Positions 26,501 to 41,500 of a stretch of DNA of 64,000 nt are shown here, in pieces; position 1 is the stretch's first letter; every line of letters begins with the position of its first letter. A program made the position numbers and the translations under genes. This DNA is from Laetmonice hystrix. Taxonomy: Eukaryota. Location: the NCBI GenBank assembly GCA_965235115.1, contig OZ249439.1:19902001-19966000 (forward strand), written 5' to 3'. The notes under the pieces were generated by a model. That model was not told the DNA's origin. It worked only from the letters and a program-made list of their open reading frames with translations, and searched no databases.

Positions 26501-29500
26501 ATAAGAATTTACTTATTTCCAGTACATAATACATAAATTTGTTGTTGGAAACACTGATTGAGCTACGTGATGCAGCATGTACATGGCGCAATTTAGTAAA
26601 TAAGCAATTTAGCTTGATTAAGTAAACACTAGTCTTGAAACATTTAGACAAGAGTCATGTGTTGGATATTGGATATAAACGGGATATATTCAAAACAACG
26701 TGCTCAAAAGCAAAGGGCTAAGGAGGAGGAATTTATACAAAAGCTGAAAGAACTAGAGGAAAACCTAAGTGAGAACAACCTTTTAGAATACAGAGAAATG
26801 AAAAAAGAGATTGGAAAAATAGACACAGAAAACTCGAGAGGAATTATTCTGGCAATTATAAAGGCAAAATGGTATGAGGGTGGTGAAAGGAACACCAAGT
26901 ATTTTATGAACTTAGGGAGGAGAAATTCCATCAAGAAACACATTCTAAAATTGAAGTTACACCTGGAAAATATATAACAGACCCTAAACCAATTCTATTA
27001 GAAGAAGAGTGCTTTTATGAAAACCTTTATAAAGAGAAAATAACACAACTCGATTTGGAAGAAAATCAAATAAGTTTGTTAACCCTACATCATTACCTAG
27101 ACTATCACCGAAACAGAAAGAAAGTTGTGAGGGACTAATAACTGAAGATGAGTGTAAGACTGTTTTAAAACCCTTAAAAACAACAAATCACCAGGGAATG
27201 AGGGGCTTACAACGGAATTTTATAAATACTTCTGAAATGACAGTACCCTTACATTACATCAGTATATTAGTATCTTGTTACAATAAAAGCTATAGCAACC
27301 AAATTCTACCCGTATCTCAAAGGAAAGCTGTAATAACCCTAATTGATAAAGGAAAGGATAGGTTATCACTTAGAAATTGGCGTCCGATTTCACTTCTGAA
27401 TACAGATTATAAACTCATGACTAAAGTAATAGCATATAGAATGAAAAAGGTATTACCGGATATACACCATAATGATTGATCAGACGGATTATGTTGAGGG
27501 AAGATCTATTGGGGATCGTGTGAGGCAAGTGTTAGACCTTATAGAATATAATGGAAAGTGAGGATATTCCAGGTTTAAGTATGCACAGATTTTGAAAATG
27601 CTTTCGATTCCTTAAATTGGAAATTCATGATAAAAACAATGGAAACTTTCATTTTGGCCCTAATGTTATTCAACGGGTAAAAACCTTTTATAATGATATC
27701 TCAGCCTGTAATATTAATAACGGTTACACCTCAGGTTATTTTTAATTAGAAAGGGGAGTAAGCAGGGCCAGATCCAGGATTTTTTTCAAGGGTTGGGGGG
27801 TGGGGGGTGGGGGGTGGGGGGTTGCAGTCATCTAGTCGGCCTATCAATGTATCATTGCCAGTTATTTGCTGTTGTTCTCTTATATTATTATATTATTATT
27901 ATTTTATGGGATATTGGTTAATTACCACTTTAGATTTCAGATTCATACCGTGGTTCTTTCAGGAAAAAATTCGACAACTTTTTGTTTTCTTATATGGGGG
28001 ATTCTAAGGGAGGTTGCACCCCCCCCCCCCCCCCGGAAAGAAAATACAGGAATTCCAATACACTGTTTTGCATAATATATAGGTGCGTAAAGGTCCAAAT
28101 ATTTTGGAGACAAGTTGAAACATGGTTTAATACAATTGTTAGTACATGGCAATGTTAAATTTATCAGAAGTGTGTGTTTTGTTTGGAGACCTCTCAGAAG
28201 CTCAAAATATCATAATATGGAACAGTGTTGTACTTTTAGGAAAGTATTATATTTATGGATGTAAAGTTCAGGAAAAAAATTACAGAACAAACGGGTTTCA
28301 AAAGCAGGTTAAACGAAGAATTAATGGTAGAAAATAAAGTAGCAAAGAATACAAACAAAGAGGAAGGTTTCTTAGAAAATGGGAGGTATTTTTGAATGCG
28401 TCACATAACTAAGCTTCTGTATATAGATTTAAGGCCCTTGTAAGTGTTTGTCATGTATGTACACATAAATGTGTTTTGTTTTAATTGTACTCCTGTTGCC
28501 ATGCTGTGTATGTGTACGTAAGGCCAAAAAAAAGATTTGTTTCTTGTCCCCGCGCGCGTCACCTAAAAACCCCTGCGTCAAGTCTTTTTTTTCAAATCAG
28601 ACTGCTTTATATGGTGGGCAGTGTAGCGCTGTGAAAGTTGTTGCAACGGTTCTTTGGCGTTGGCGTTTTTCTGTTAGTCTTATTGCTTTTTATGTGAGTT
28701 TACACATTCTTTAATGAAAACATTTAACATCAGTGCATTTAGTCTTTTCTTCAAGATTTCTTCATGTACCCAACAGCAATTGCATTCGAGGAATCGGCCG
28801 TTGTCTAGTTCCATCCAAAAAAAGAAGATGAAAAAAATGTACTGGAAATAAATAAATTCTTATCTTATATTATCTCATTTTATCTAATCTTAGATCCTCT
28901 CTCATCTTATCTTATATTATTACAGTATATTGGCATTATATTAATGTTTAGAGAGGTAATGTCACAAATAACGTCTGGCATATGGGTATGCGTAAGGCCA
29001 AAGTTTCCCCCCTCTAGAAAAAGTTGTTCCACTAATTAGATTTTCTTAGACTTTTGATATGTTATAGAGCAGCTCATGAGCTTTCATTTGGTATATGGTT
29101 TATTACTATTGCAATTTGTTTTGGGTGCTTCCTTATTTCACCTAGACTATATTGTTTAACGGACCTCTTGGGGAAAAGAGGACGATGATGGTAATCTATG
29201 AGCAAGGAAACCACAATGTGCCAGGGTACATGGACCTATTTTGTCCATACACCCACAGGGGGCGTCTCTATAGAGGTCAACAGGAAACGGCAAACTGAAC
29301 TATGTAAGTGAAAATGTGCAGGAAAACGATGAAATCTGTTTACGGATGTACTGTGAAGAGAAGACCAACATCATTACTGAGTTACCGCATTAATTACCAA
29401 CAATTACAGCGTTTTGCCAACCTCCTTTGGTGGCGTCCCCAAGTGACACATAGCCGTAGTAGTATATGAAAAGTTGGCCGTAGTAGTATAGGAAAAGTTG

Positions 29501-32500
29501 ACATTGACTCAGGTTCTGATGTAACTAAGCATGACGGAAATGGTGTGCTGTTACCCCATATACTGATCAGTACAACATCCAGCTTTCCTCCGGTAACTGT
29601 AGACTCATGTGGCTATCTGCCATCAGTGCAATGTTGGCAGATTTGATACCATCATTCCATGCCGAGAGTCTGTTCGGATCACTGATGGACCAACGTTTGC
29701 ACGGCACAGTGTCAACCCGATTCGTCGCATGCCGATGGCGTATGGTGGAAAAAAACCTTATGCACTTCACTTGATACAGGTTAGTAATCCCGCAGTGGTT
29801 TCCACGTCGGAATGAGCCAACAAACATTATCTTTGGCAAACAGATTCAAAAGGCACTCGTTAATACGTCGACAATATTTTCGTTTAAATCAATCTCACTT
29901 CTGCACCCATAAATTGTTGGTATTGATAATGGAATCCTGGCGTTACGTTCTCACGCGAGGGGACAAATTGCCCTGTGACCTATATAACATATCTTACTGT
30001 TCATACCGTCGGAGAAAGGGTTAGTACAATGAAGGCTCGTTCTCCCTGATTGGGATGCTAAATATTTGATCACTGTTATCTTGGGGGTTAGATGCACTGA
30101 ATGGCGTTATTCGAAGAATTGTATTCTTCGTAAAACAATCTTGTAGACATCCACTGGGAAAGCGCTCTCCAGAGGAACACCCGTGTTTATATGATTGATG
30201 CATAAAACACATTTAAACATCTTCCCATTAGTGATCATTCATTTATACCATGATTAAATGGTTTAAAAAAGGACGTTATAATTTCTTATTTCAGGCCCTT
30301 TGTGTTGTAGGATGTGGGGTGTTGTGAATGGGTGTGTTATGAGGGCAAACACACTCGTCATGGTGAGGATTGGTATCTGGGTGTTGGTAATGATGATGTT
30401 GGTGTGAATGTTGGTGGTGGTGGGGGTGGAGGTAATGACACATTTAAAGTCAATCTTAACTAAATCAACTGCAGGCGGGTGCACACGGGCAGGGTGGAGA
30501 GGGGTGGCGTGGAAGTGCAATTCTATGATATGTATGATGAAGTTCACTGAGAGATAATTCAGGATATCCATGAATCTTGAATGGGGAAAATGGGAGCCAA
30601 TCCTCTCAGATAATATTGTCAGTGATTGGATATTTGCCCATGTGGAAGTAATCTGGTCAGGTTGGGAAAAATACCTGACTGTCTTTGATAAATGCGATTA
30701 GTTTAGAGTCAGTGACAGTCTGTGCTCACCACCGCTGCATGATGTATTCAGATTAATTCATAAATTGACCAATAATTGCATCTCTATGTGACTGAATGAA
30801 GCTAAACTCTTTCTTAAAGTTCAGTAATTTAATACTTTCTCTAATTCCTGACAAGATCCGAGAACCGTTAAGACTACAGTTGATCAATATTTATAGCATT
30901 TACATTACGGGAGTATTTTGAATAGAATTAAGACGATCCCTATTTGTAAATGACAGTTCTGAGTTGGTAGAAAATATTGCTAGACATTATACTCCTATAC
31001 TGTATAAGGTCGCCCTACTTGTATACCTGATAGAATACCTGGAAACCTTGTCTATGAGAGCAGTGAGTATATATTGGGACGTATTTATCAGGGACTACCC
31101 AGGCCTCTCATATACCATCCCATTAATGACCTGTCAGCGACTTCTGGTTTAACGGTATTCCCCACCACATCACGTCCATCTGCCCTCTGTCAGGGACTCC
31201 CCAGGCTGCATTCCTAATGAGAATGTGACTAAAGTAGGACGAAGAAGATGCCTGAGTGTAATTGAGTCTCTGGTATCAAGTCTGTTTAATCTAATACATG
31301 TACATGTATTCAAAATGACATCATAATATGATATAGGCCTAACTCATTGTATCAGTTGATAAAATGGACCTACCTATAAATATGATCGATATTTATTTAG
31401 GAAACTTTTTCAGGTCGGCATGTGATATGTTAGTATTTTGATGACCTGAGACCGCACTTCAATCTTTTCATCGAGGGGCTGGGGGCGGGAGGGGCTGGGA
31501 TGAAGGAAGAAAGGCATCAAGGAAGGGGGCTCTTCACCTTAGCATTGTCGTGGCGCACCGATCATCGCCTCATGTACATGAAATATGAGACGAAGCTGCA
31601 CAGCATTTAATGAGGAAATGACCGAAATACGCAGGTGAATAATACTTTTAGAAATGTTCAATGCGTGAAATATTCCTTTCATAGTAATAGCATCAAATCG
31701 TGTTACTCTTATCATATTAATGACATCATCTAGTGTGTGCTGTCAATGTGCTAGATGGGCTTCACCAAGAAAATGTGCATCCTCCCAACTTGCCATTCCA
31801 ACTGAGGAAAACCACCTATTCACATTCATGTTTACTGAAGCTCTGCTCATTTAATAAGAGCTTTGAGCGGAATATGAAGCATTACTTTGCACAATAGCGG
31901 CATAAACATTAACTTCCAAAAGATGTTAAAAATAGCGCACGGTGCGTTATTGATTACAATAAATGATTAAAGTTCAATCTATACATTTACAACCTCGTTT
32001 GATCAGGGCAAATCGAGATAAAGGTACGCCAGTTCAAATATTCCACTTATAAGCAACGTTTTCTCTGAATTGTTGGAGCCAGGCATTAAATTATTATTAT
32101 TTTTAAGTTGCATTCTTAATTAGAGTAATAGTCAACCTCGTGCACATTTGGCTGAAATCATGCCGATGGCATACCCCCACGTCCCTTCCCTTAACCAAGA
32201 ACCAGTTTATATTTACTCTCTGTTGCATAAGTAATTAATGGTTAACAAGGGTGGTTTGAAATGGAAAGGCTTTACTGCTTGCCTCTGTGACTCTGAATGA
32301 TGAGACTGGAATGTGGGATGAAAGAGGAAAGCCAGAGCTACCTCCAGCCTTCAAAGTGTACTGAAAAGAAATGAATATTTTTGGAACCATCTCCTGCTGT
32401 ATTCCACATGACGTAAGTGAAGACACTTTGTCAACCGAATAAGTATCCATTATTATTATTTTTGGGTGGTGTAAAAATGAGTATTTTCGCCAGCGTGTGT

Positions 32501-35500
32501 TGTTTCCCATGGATACCATACCCTGTTTGTAAGAGAGACAGAGCGAGGAATATTCTGCCAGGCAGAAGTTGAGCGGCCGCGGCAGCTCGAGGAGCACTGT
32601 CCTCCAGTGTAAAACCTCCGTCCTGACTGCCCTGGAGGACACTGTCCACCCGAAACTTGTCTCCATTGTTCTGGGCCGTTCTCAAACATTTCAACATGTT
32701 CGCCAACTCAGCCCCTCGGGCTCGCATTACAAAATAGCAGTAGTCTTCATTCTATCTAATTCTGATTGCCATTGACTGCTAATAACTGTGGGCTAACCAT
32801 GTTGCGCGCTCAATCTGCGTGGCGTTATCTGATTTCTGGTCCTATTGGTTCCTGCCTGCCACCTCCTTCACACATGGCCTGCAGGAAAGTGCCTGGCAAA
32901 CTGCCTCAGTCAGAGCAGAAAATCAGCCTCGCTACCTGTGCTGCCCCCTACGCCCAACCTTCCTTCACCAACACACTTAGAAGCCATATTGAATTACAGC
33001 TTTTCGGGACTCAGCCAAAGGAATATCTGCCATTGCTTGAAACAGTGTACACTGAGCCTGCGCTAAAGTCTTGTAAGTTGATTTGTAAACGGAGGAGGGC
33101 AGGTTGATCAGCACGCACTTAACAGTTTCTTCACGATCCAAATCATCAAATTAAATGTCTGCCAATCCTTTTTGGGGGGTTGAAAATTATATGGGATGGA
33201 GAAATCTGGTTTACCCCAATTATGGCTCCTGATGTAATCTAATTTACAGGGAACTTGGCCCCAATCAGTTGGAGACAGGCAATTGGTTTTAGTGGCCTGC
33301 TGTGGGTTTGAACGGCTCAGCCATATCCATAGGGAGTAAGGGCCCCGTTCTCTGACAACGCGGAGAAAGGAGAGGAAAAGGTTGTTATCTTACAGAGAGA
33401 CTGATTATTAGATAATCTGCTCTGGGAATACAAATGATCCAGCGTCGAGTGAAGACTGGTTGACAGACCCCGTTGTGTAGTGAAATAGGGGCACACTATT
33501 ATAGAATCATACACAGACTTCTGGTTACCGCCAACCGAAGGTTGTGATACAGCTGCTTGACATGCAGCGCAGCTCTTCAAGTTACTTTTCCTTCGGCTAG
33601 GTCAGGGTCGGACTAAAGTGGGAAAGAAATCAATAATATCGAAGGTAATAATCTCTACTTGTAAAGGTTTGGTGGTGACCGGTATGCCAGGGACTAGCTG
33701 TTGTTACCGACAGTCGTAAACCGGCTTCCTGAACCTTGAGTTCGGTAGTATCTCTAAACGTACGGCGTGTATGTGTATGACGTAGGCGATGCCTACTGCC
33801 CGCGTTGTCTCAGCAACGTTCAATCACACAATAGGATTTTGCTTCCATTTAATTAACGTATAACTTTTTTTCACCTTAAAAGACGAAGCGAAAATCATTA
33901 TGTAAAAAAGTAAAGAAGAAGAAGACGAAGAAGAAGAAGAAAAAGAAGAAGAATCTGATGGAATAGAATATACTCAATGCACTACACATCAGTCACGTGC
34001 CTGTGAGGCCATTTGTTTCGAAGATTGTTTATCAGTCAGAGGCTTGTTCTAGAGACTGCCCGAGTTTAGACAGAAATCTTTGACATGCTACGCCGGAAGC
34101 TCCACAACTGTCAGGGGTCCAGTTCAGCTCGTTGGTCCAGCAACTCCACCTGGGAGCAGCCATGGAAATTGTGTTGGGATGGCCTGGATCCATGGCCAGT
34201 CACTGACAGAGGCACTGCCTCTTCAGTCAAATGATTGGTCAGTTGACTGCTTCCTCCTATCAGACCTCTGTGCTTTGAGTCCTAATGTTGCTATGGTGAT
34301 CCTTAAAGGTAGAGCAGATACAAACCGACCCCTGACACTCTGCGTGGGCGACATTAAGGAAGTAGTTGGACTGAAAAGTCTTTAGTGAACGTTTGGCCTG
34401 GAGAAATTACTTAAGCATTGACTGTTGAACATAATGCCTTTCGCCCACTGGGATCAGGGTACATTGAAAGCGACTCTAAAAGTTTCACTTCTGTACCATC
34501 GATAGCAGATCTTTTGAGACTACATGTAAAGACAATTTTAGAATGTAGGTGGAGTTTAATAAAGTAGCAGTTTATTAAAAAAGAAAGGCCTGGCCTATTT
34601 CCGAAGCCACTGAGCAGCTCTTTATTGATGTACTTGTTGGTTGATCGGATAAATCCGGAGAGAGGGAAGGTGCATTTTGATGTTACTGAAGAAAGAATTT
34701 CAATAATTATCTAAGCACAAACGCCGAATTCGGCCGATTTACAGTTGTAGTTAACTGTTTGTACTGTTTTTACATCCGGCCCTTACTTTGAATTGTCGGC
34801 GTGGGAGCGTGCACCATGGAAGGCTTCAAGATCTTTCCTTCACCACAGACTCACCATGAGAGGCAGTCTGTCTGGAGGCGTTAATTATTCCAGGTGGCGT
34901 CTCACTTGCCGAGGATGAGCGACCTGTCCCGATCACTTGCCGAGGACGACCGACCTGTCCCGATCAGGATAGGGGCCGTGAGGCTCGCACGGAGCTCGGT
35001 GTGTGTTGTGAGGACGTCAAGTCTTGCCGGGTGTCACCGATCCTATCTAACATATTCAATCAGTTGAGACTGACAGAAGCTTATCAGTGAGGCAACAGTC
35101 TGCTTGGTGTGGGCTTCCTTCCCCTGGGAGACACCAAGCCCCACCAGGCTTCTTAACGCTAATGGGTTCTGACACTGAGATTGTACCAGCTACCTCATCA
35201 CACTGCGATATACATGACAATAAAGATTTCTGTTGTATATCATCAGATACCATATCCGTGTGGATGAGATAGCCTAAGACGTATTCTGACACTCTACCAT
35301 GGCCATCAGTGGGGCCATTAACAATAGATAACTAACTGGTATTATTTGCATGCCGTCACGGAGGCCATCTCCAGGACGTAGAGACTAAGGTTATTGTAAC
35401 TCGTGCATACCGAAGTGAGTTCACTGTTTGCCCTGTTGTTGCCGGTAATTCAAGCCCTGTGTAGCCGGACATACAGAGACTGAAGATTTGCATACAACGC

Positions 35501-38500
35501 CTCCAACGCCAACGCCAACGCCGAGGACCTGATGTCACCATCAATGTCAATTTCTTCCTGCTCACCTTCAGTTCATTAAACAATATATCTGTAGTATTGA
35601 ATATCACGTTACTGCGGCATCCAGAATAAACAATGACTAGCCATTCTATGGACTAACTATAAACATCAAGCGTACCGGTTTAGATCGTATGATGCTCATA
35701 CAGCTCAGATTATCCACTTTTTTATGCACGCTTTTTAAAGCGCAATGTTTAGGGATTGGCTGCAATTAACTGGAGAAGTATTGCATTGGTAGCCCGTGAC
35801 GAGGGTCAGTGGTATGTCAGGTCGAAGGAAATAATTAGTAAGGTTGATGTCGTGATTTTTATATTCATTCTTTAAAAGCCCATTCTCCGTCAGAGAAATA
35901 TTTCATCACGTACCATATCTGAGGAGAGGCTCGAGTTTTCTGGGGAGATACTGGAAGCTCCCCTAAGTGTAGCCTCGGTGGGACTCATTACAGATACCAG
36001 GGAGCGAGCACCCCGGCACTGGCAGTCCCTGCGATAAATCATTCGGGCCACAATCCTCCAATGATGGATCTTGGCTTATCTATAGCCTCACGCAGTAATC
36101 TGTGGCCAGCTATCGTAGGCAATGTCAGTCACAAATCCCTGGCGCACTGCTGGCTCCATTGTCTGGCTCTATCACCGTCCGCCATGAACACTCCACTGAA
36201 TCAAACACCATTTATGGCTCTGTCACCAAAATTGCTAAAGTTGCAGCTCAGCAACTTGGGTCCCGGTTAGAGTTGCTGATGGATTACACTTTGGCAAGGA
36301 AAATCGGCCTCGTTAGGTCATATTGAACAAATATGAAGTCAATGTCAGTACAAACGCAGTGTTTATCCATATTTAACTGCCTACACCTGACGGTGCACAC
36401 AGTGAAATAGACATGTTCCTCTTTTCACCCCCCCTCCATCTGGAGGGCGTTTGCAAAATGGGATTGAACAATAATAGCTTAGACAAGGTTTAATTGAAGT
36501 TACTGAAATACAGTGGGAACCTTTATTTGGGCCAGTGACCTCATGGTCTCACGTCCTCGCAAGGTCAATGCTGAAAATGATCAGGGGGAATGTTGAGCTC
36601 AACCTTCACCAAAAAGGTCGTTTGTTATGATGACAGATTGTCGCAAAGTTATAGTTGCCCTTTGTTTTGCGGTGAGGAATACATCGTAAATTATGAATGA
36701 TGATCTTGAGAAAAATCTATCAACATATTCTTAAACTCATATGAGAAGGCAGGGAGGAAACAGAGGGTTAACTGCAGAAGTACTAAATTAAAAAAGATAG
36801 TCTACAATATAAGGACAACTTGCAGTGCTTGAACGCACATTTCGCTTATCAGCTGGTTCCAGATTTCACTTTGCCCTTGTATTATTAATTAATACGCTGT
36901 GTACCATTAAACAGTGGCCGATCCGACCCACCTCGTTATGAATCATGTTATCATGAACAGAGAATTGCATGTAGGACTGTAATATGGATTGAGTAGCATC
37001 TGACCCAGTGATTGAATATCATATTCTTCTCATACCGTCGTATTCTTAATAAATATTTGTCTCGATCAGGTTTTTATGGGCGGGGGAGGGGGGGTCAAGC
37101 TAATAAAAGTGGATATAATGTAAAAAGTCAGAACATGAGTCCTTTGATGCTTTTTGGACAAATATCCCATAAGAAAATATACGGGATTGTTTTCCACCTA
37201 CATGGAATAAGAAATACGGGAATTCCACAGATGTAGTATGTATTGGAATCTCTCTTCCGATCAAGTGTCACATTAGGAATGTAAAATTTTCCATGGCTTT
37301 GTGTGTGGGCTGAATCCGATCTCTTTCATAAACTGATGTAGTTAATCTACAAACTTAATGGGACCTAATATTTTCACCTTTTCACTATTTAATTATCTCA
37401 TGATAATATGCAACATCGTTGATATTTAATCAAATGTTAGAACTCTTTCCACCAATGTAACATTATTAAAGCAGCAATTACTCTGGCATGAATTTGACAA
37501 CGTTTAATCCATTCAGATGTAGCTGGGATTTATTCTATTAATTTCTATTAATTATGACAGGCAGAAGCGTTATCAACACATTTTACCATAGAGACATCCT
37601 GCAGAAGTGAAGTTTTAGGCAACTGGGCATGGTGCCATTGTTGCTGGCTTTACTGTAGCTAATGATAGTAGTTATTCCAAATCCATGGAACATGTTCACG
37701 GCCATGCCATTAATGTTACGATTTTCATCAACAAGATTGAACATAGTCACATGTTATTCTATATTGGGTAGTAGTCTATCTGTATAATTTTTTATGGTGT
37801 GACAGGCCCAATATGCCTCACCGCAGTCCTACAAACATTGCCTTCTTAACTAGAATAGAGTAGAGTAGAATATGTTTAGTACATAATAAAGGGTCCTACC
37901 TGTACGAGAATGCCAACCACAATAAGACCATTGGCAGAGTATACCGCTTGCGTCATGTTGCCATAGATGTCTGTATTGTAACCCAGCAGTTGGATCTGTA
38001 ATAAAATAAGTTCAGATTTCACGTAAGAGGAATTATTCCGTAATCACCGTAATCAAAGAAAATAAGGCTCTTTTACCATTTTATTATACGAATCCTGAAC
38101 CTGTGTGAAAATTTGGACAAGAAACACAACGTCTTTCACAAGCCACCTCAGACTGGCATTTTTTAAACCGAAGTTGAAGGAAAACAGAACGTTCGACAGT
38201 TTTGCGGTCTCTTTTAAAAGAAGGGCGTGTATAATTTATTATTTTAATTTGTTTTCTCCTAAAAATGACCTAGAGCATGGGCTGCCGCTGAAGATGCCAG
38301 ACGTATTCTGTGCAAGACATGCTTGGATAGCGGATGAGCTGTGCTGGTTGCCGACGGCATCCATTTATTTGTCAGGATTAAGGCCCGGCGAGCGAGGGCC
38401 CGGCCCCGGCTTTGTCTGTTGCCGGGTGTTCTCTCCTATGCTACTCATCACTCGTCAAAGTGATGACACTATAGATATCCCGTGATCCCCTAGGAAACTG

Positions 38501-41500
38501 AATGGCCTTCCGTATTGTTTTTGAAGGTCACAATAACCTTGCTTCCACTTCCTTCTTGATATTGTACATAAAACGTTCGACAATCCCCTTGTTCCGAAAG
38601 GTCTAATCATTAAGGTCACCTGCTGCGTAAACAATTAACTTTCTTCACTGTTACTAAGTATAGCTTCTATTTTATAGCCTCTTATAAACATTTTATATAT
38701 AGTATTGGTATATCTAAGAGTGAAATCGTTTGTTGTAGACAGCTGTAGTTCTAAGTCGTGCTGACTGTAGCAACCAAGTAGTAGGTCTTTGTTACTGCTT
38801 TAGATATAGCACGGAGCATGATGGTTAAGACCTCTTTATTAATATACAGTATTGATTGCCTTAAGTGCATATACTGATAAAATTCCTTTGTAATTATTTC
38901 GTGTAGGAACTTAAATGATTTGATCAAAGGGCCTCAGTAGTCAGTGTGATGCCGAAGTCTTCGACTGAATAACTGCATGCCCATTCAACCAGTCCCCATT
39001 AAAAACCATCACCTCCGGTATATTGCTGAGAGATCCTATTAGTAAGCAGAAGGGAAAGACATCACATCAAGGCACATTCTGGTTTAAACTCCCACTTGTA
39101 CAGGTAGTTACTCAGGATGGGGTTCTGGTTAGTTGGGGTGGAGGCACGTTTCTCCAGACAACTCTCCTCCTGGATTCACTCCAGGGAAAACACTCTAACT
39201 GAAACACTCACACTGAAATGGTTTCGTCGTATTTATACCTTGTAGACTTACAGAAAGAGAAACGATCATATATACCGATTTCTCTGTACAGGTGTACCAG
39301 ATCTGTTATACCTCCCATTCAGTTAAAGTTAATTTCAACGTAGCGGGGGTACTATGAAGTTGGTAATATGAAGTTAACTTCAGATTACCCCCCCCCCCCC
39401 AGTAATCTGAATGCTAGTTTCAACATACCCCTCGCAGTTTATTTACACACAAATAGATGCATGATAAGCTTCCAAGATAACCGGGGGGGGGGGGTTAAGA
39501 TTAATTGGGGTGGGGGGGGGGATCTTACACCGGCGCAAGGTTTCCAGCAGGCCCGCTTAGTTTACCCCCCCCCCCCGAAAAAAGGGTTTCTTACTTTTTT
39601 CAAAATGCCCACTTATAGGCTAACCTAATAGTCCACATTCAAAACTTCGTAACATAATTTTTTTAATGATTTCGTAAGGTGTCCAGAGTGGGCCCTCTTC
39701 AAAGCAAAGTTTCAAATTTTGTATGACCATATATCTTGCCTAATGCCAGGAGGCCTTGGCTGCAGACCTTCATTGGAGCAGCATTCGTTGCCTGATGCAC
39801 CCTTGCCATTCAATGCCAACAACAGCGCAATGCGGCGCCACAATTATTTCTCTATTGTCTTGCGGTGGTTTATATACTGTGGGGCTAAAGGTTCTTGCTG
39901 ATAAGTTAACATCGTGCCACAAGAAGACCTTGTTCGCGGCGATGATCAGTAGGGATGACAGATAAATCAGGGATGCCGTGTTTGACCCAAGGCTATCACC
40001 ACAACATAAACAGAGGACCTACTCAATCCTTACAATACCAGGCGCAGCCACAGGCAACTCCCATCCTTTTTTCCGAATAGAAATCTGTTAGATTTTTTTG
40101 TTAGGTAGACTTCTATAATACACTCTCGGGATAGTCTGTAGATTACTGCTTTCATGACCCTGTCAACTAACAAATACCCTACTGTGCTATCAGTTTCCAG
40201 TTTTGGTCGCCTCGTTTAAGCCTCACTGTAGGTGGCTGTGTAAAGGCGGGTGAACGTGTATGAATGAAGGCCAGGTTGGAGGAGGGGATTGGCTGGATAA
40301 TGAGATGGCACGTGCCTGCTGGGTGTGACTAGAACAGGACTCGCGGCAGATATCAATCAATTGCCTGCTTTGTGCTAGTTGTTAATGACACCAGCTTCAA
40401 TGGATGGCTGTGTTTTCCTCTCTCCAGCAGCTATTGACCCTTACATCTGATAAAATAAGTGCTGCCCACACAAGTGACAGAAGACAGTAAAGTCAATACC
40501 ACATGCCCCTTATTATGTACAAGGGATCCATCAGGGCATCAGGTTACTTGCTTGTTCACAACTTGGCCATCTCATGAAAGTCATTACCTTTGGCTGCATT
40601 CTTGAACCTTCAACTCCAGTTCTATAATTGTATCCAAATGAATACATTTGTGAGAAGGGACAAAACAGAGAAGGGATTGAACAATAAAACATGACGGATA
40701 CAATTAGTCAATGATCTGATTTTCTAAAGCAAGCTGGAAATCGACTTCTTATTTTAGAATAAGTCTACTTCTGCTCAGTACTTGAGAAGATAAATTTCGA
40801 TTTGATGGAAATATACATGGTAAGATATACTGGCTATTGAAAGAAATGTTTATTTCAAGGTTTCTCATATTTCAGACCTCTCGTATCGTCACGTATCCAT
40901 ATCAGCAATAGGATATATTATACTTAGTTTGCCTTACTATGTTTATCACTGCCTTATGCCTGTACTGGCATACACCCGCATTCACGGCACGTTCCATAGA
41001 TTGTTTCGTAGATTATTTCACAAGAAAGAAATTAGTTAATTTAATGATCAAAGGTAGAGCCATAAAGGAATAAATCTTAGAAGTTCATTATTTAGGACCC
41101 ATCATTCTAATTGACAGAGCACAAAGAAAAGATTGTGTTGACCAATTATACAGCCATGTTTCAACAAACAAAAGCTACAAGTGCACATCCTACGCTAATT
41201 AGACGTCTGGACGTTAGACCCGGCAGACAAAATGCATCAGCAAACATCTTGGAGAACGTCGATTAGTTTGTTTGATAAGAAAGTCAAGATTAAACGGAAC
41301 TATGAAGCGAATTACATTGACAATCTCAATCTACCTACCTGGTAGAATTATAGGTAGCATGTTACGTCCGGTACGTCACTACTTTTTTAGTATTATAATT
41401 TAACGTTGCTGGCACTTGCTTTACCTTTGATAAATTTATGGTAAAAGGTAAAAGCGGCTATTTGAGCTGCTTATACGTTCCCGTTCATTCGTGAATAATT

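Noticed and set aside
32950-33160. Protein-like minus-strand stretch (VLINLPSSVYKSTYKTLAQAQCTLFQAMADIPL)
   Set aside because: Short, no start or splice support and no family recognised; probably decayed TE.
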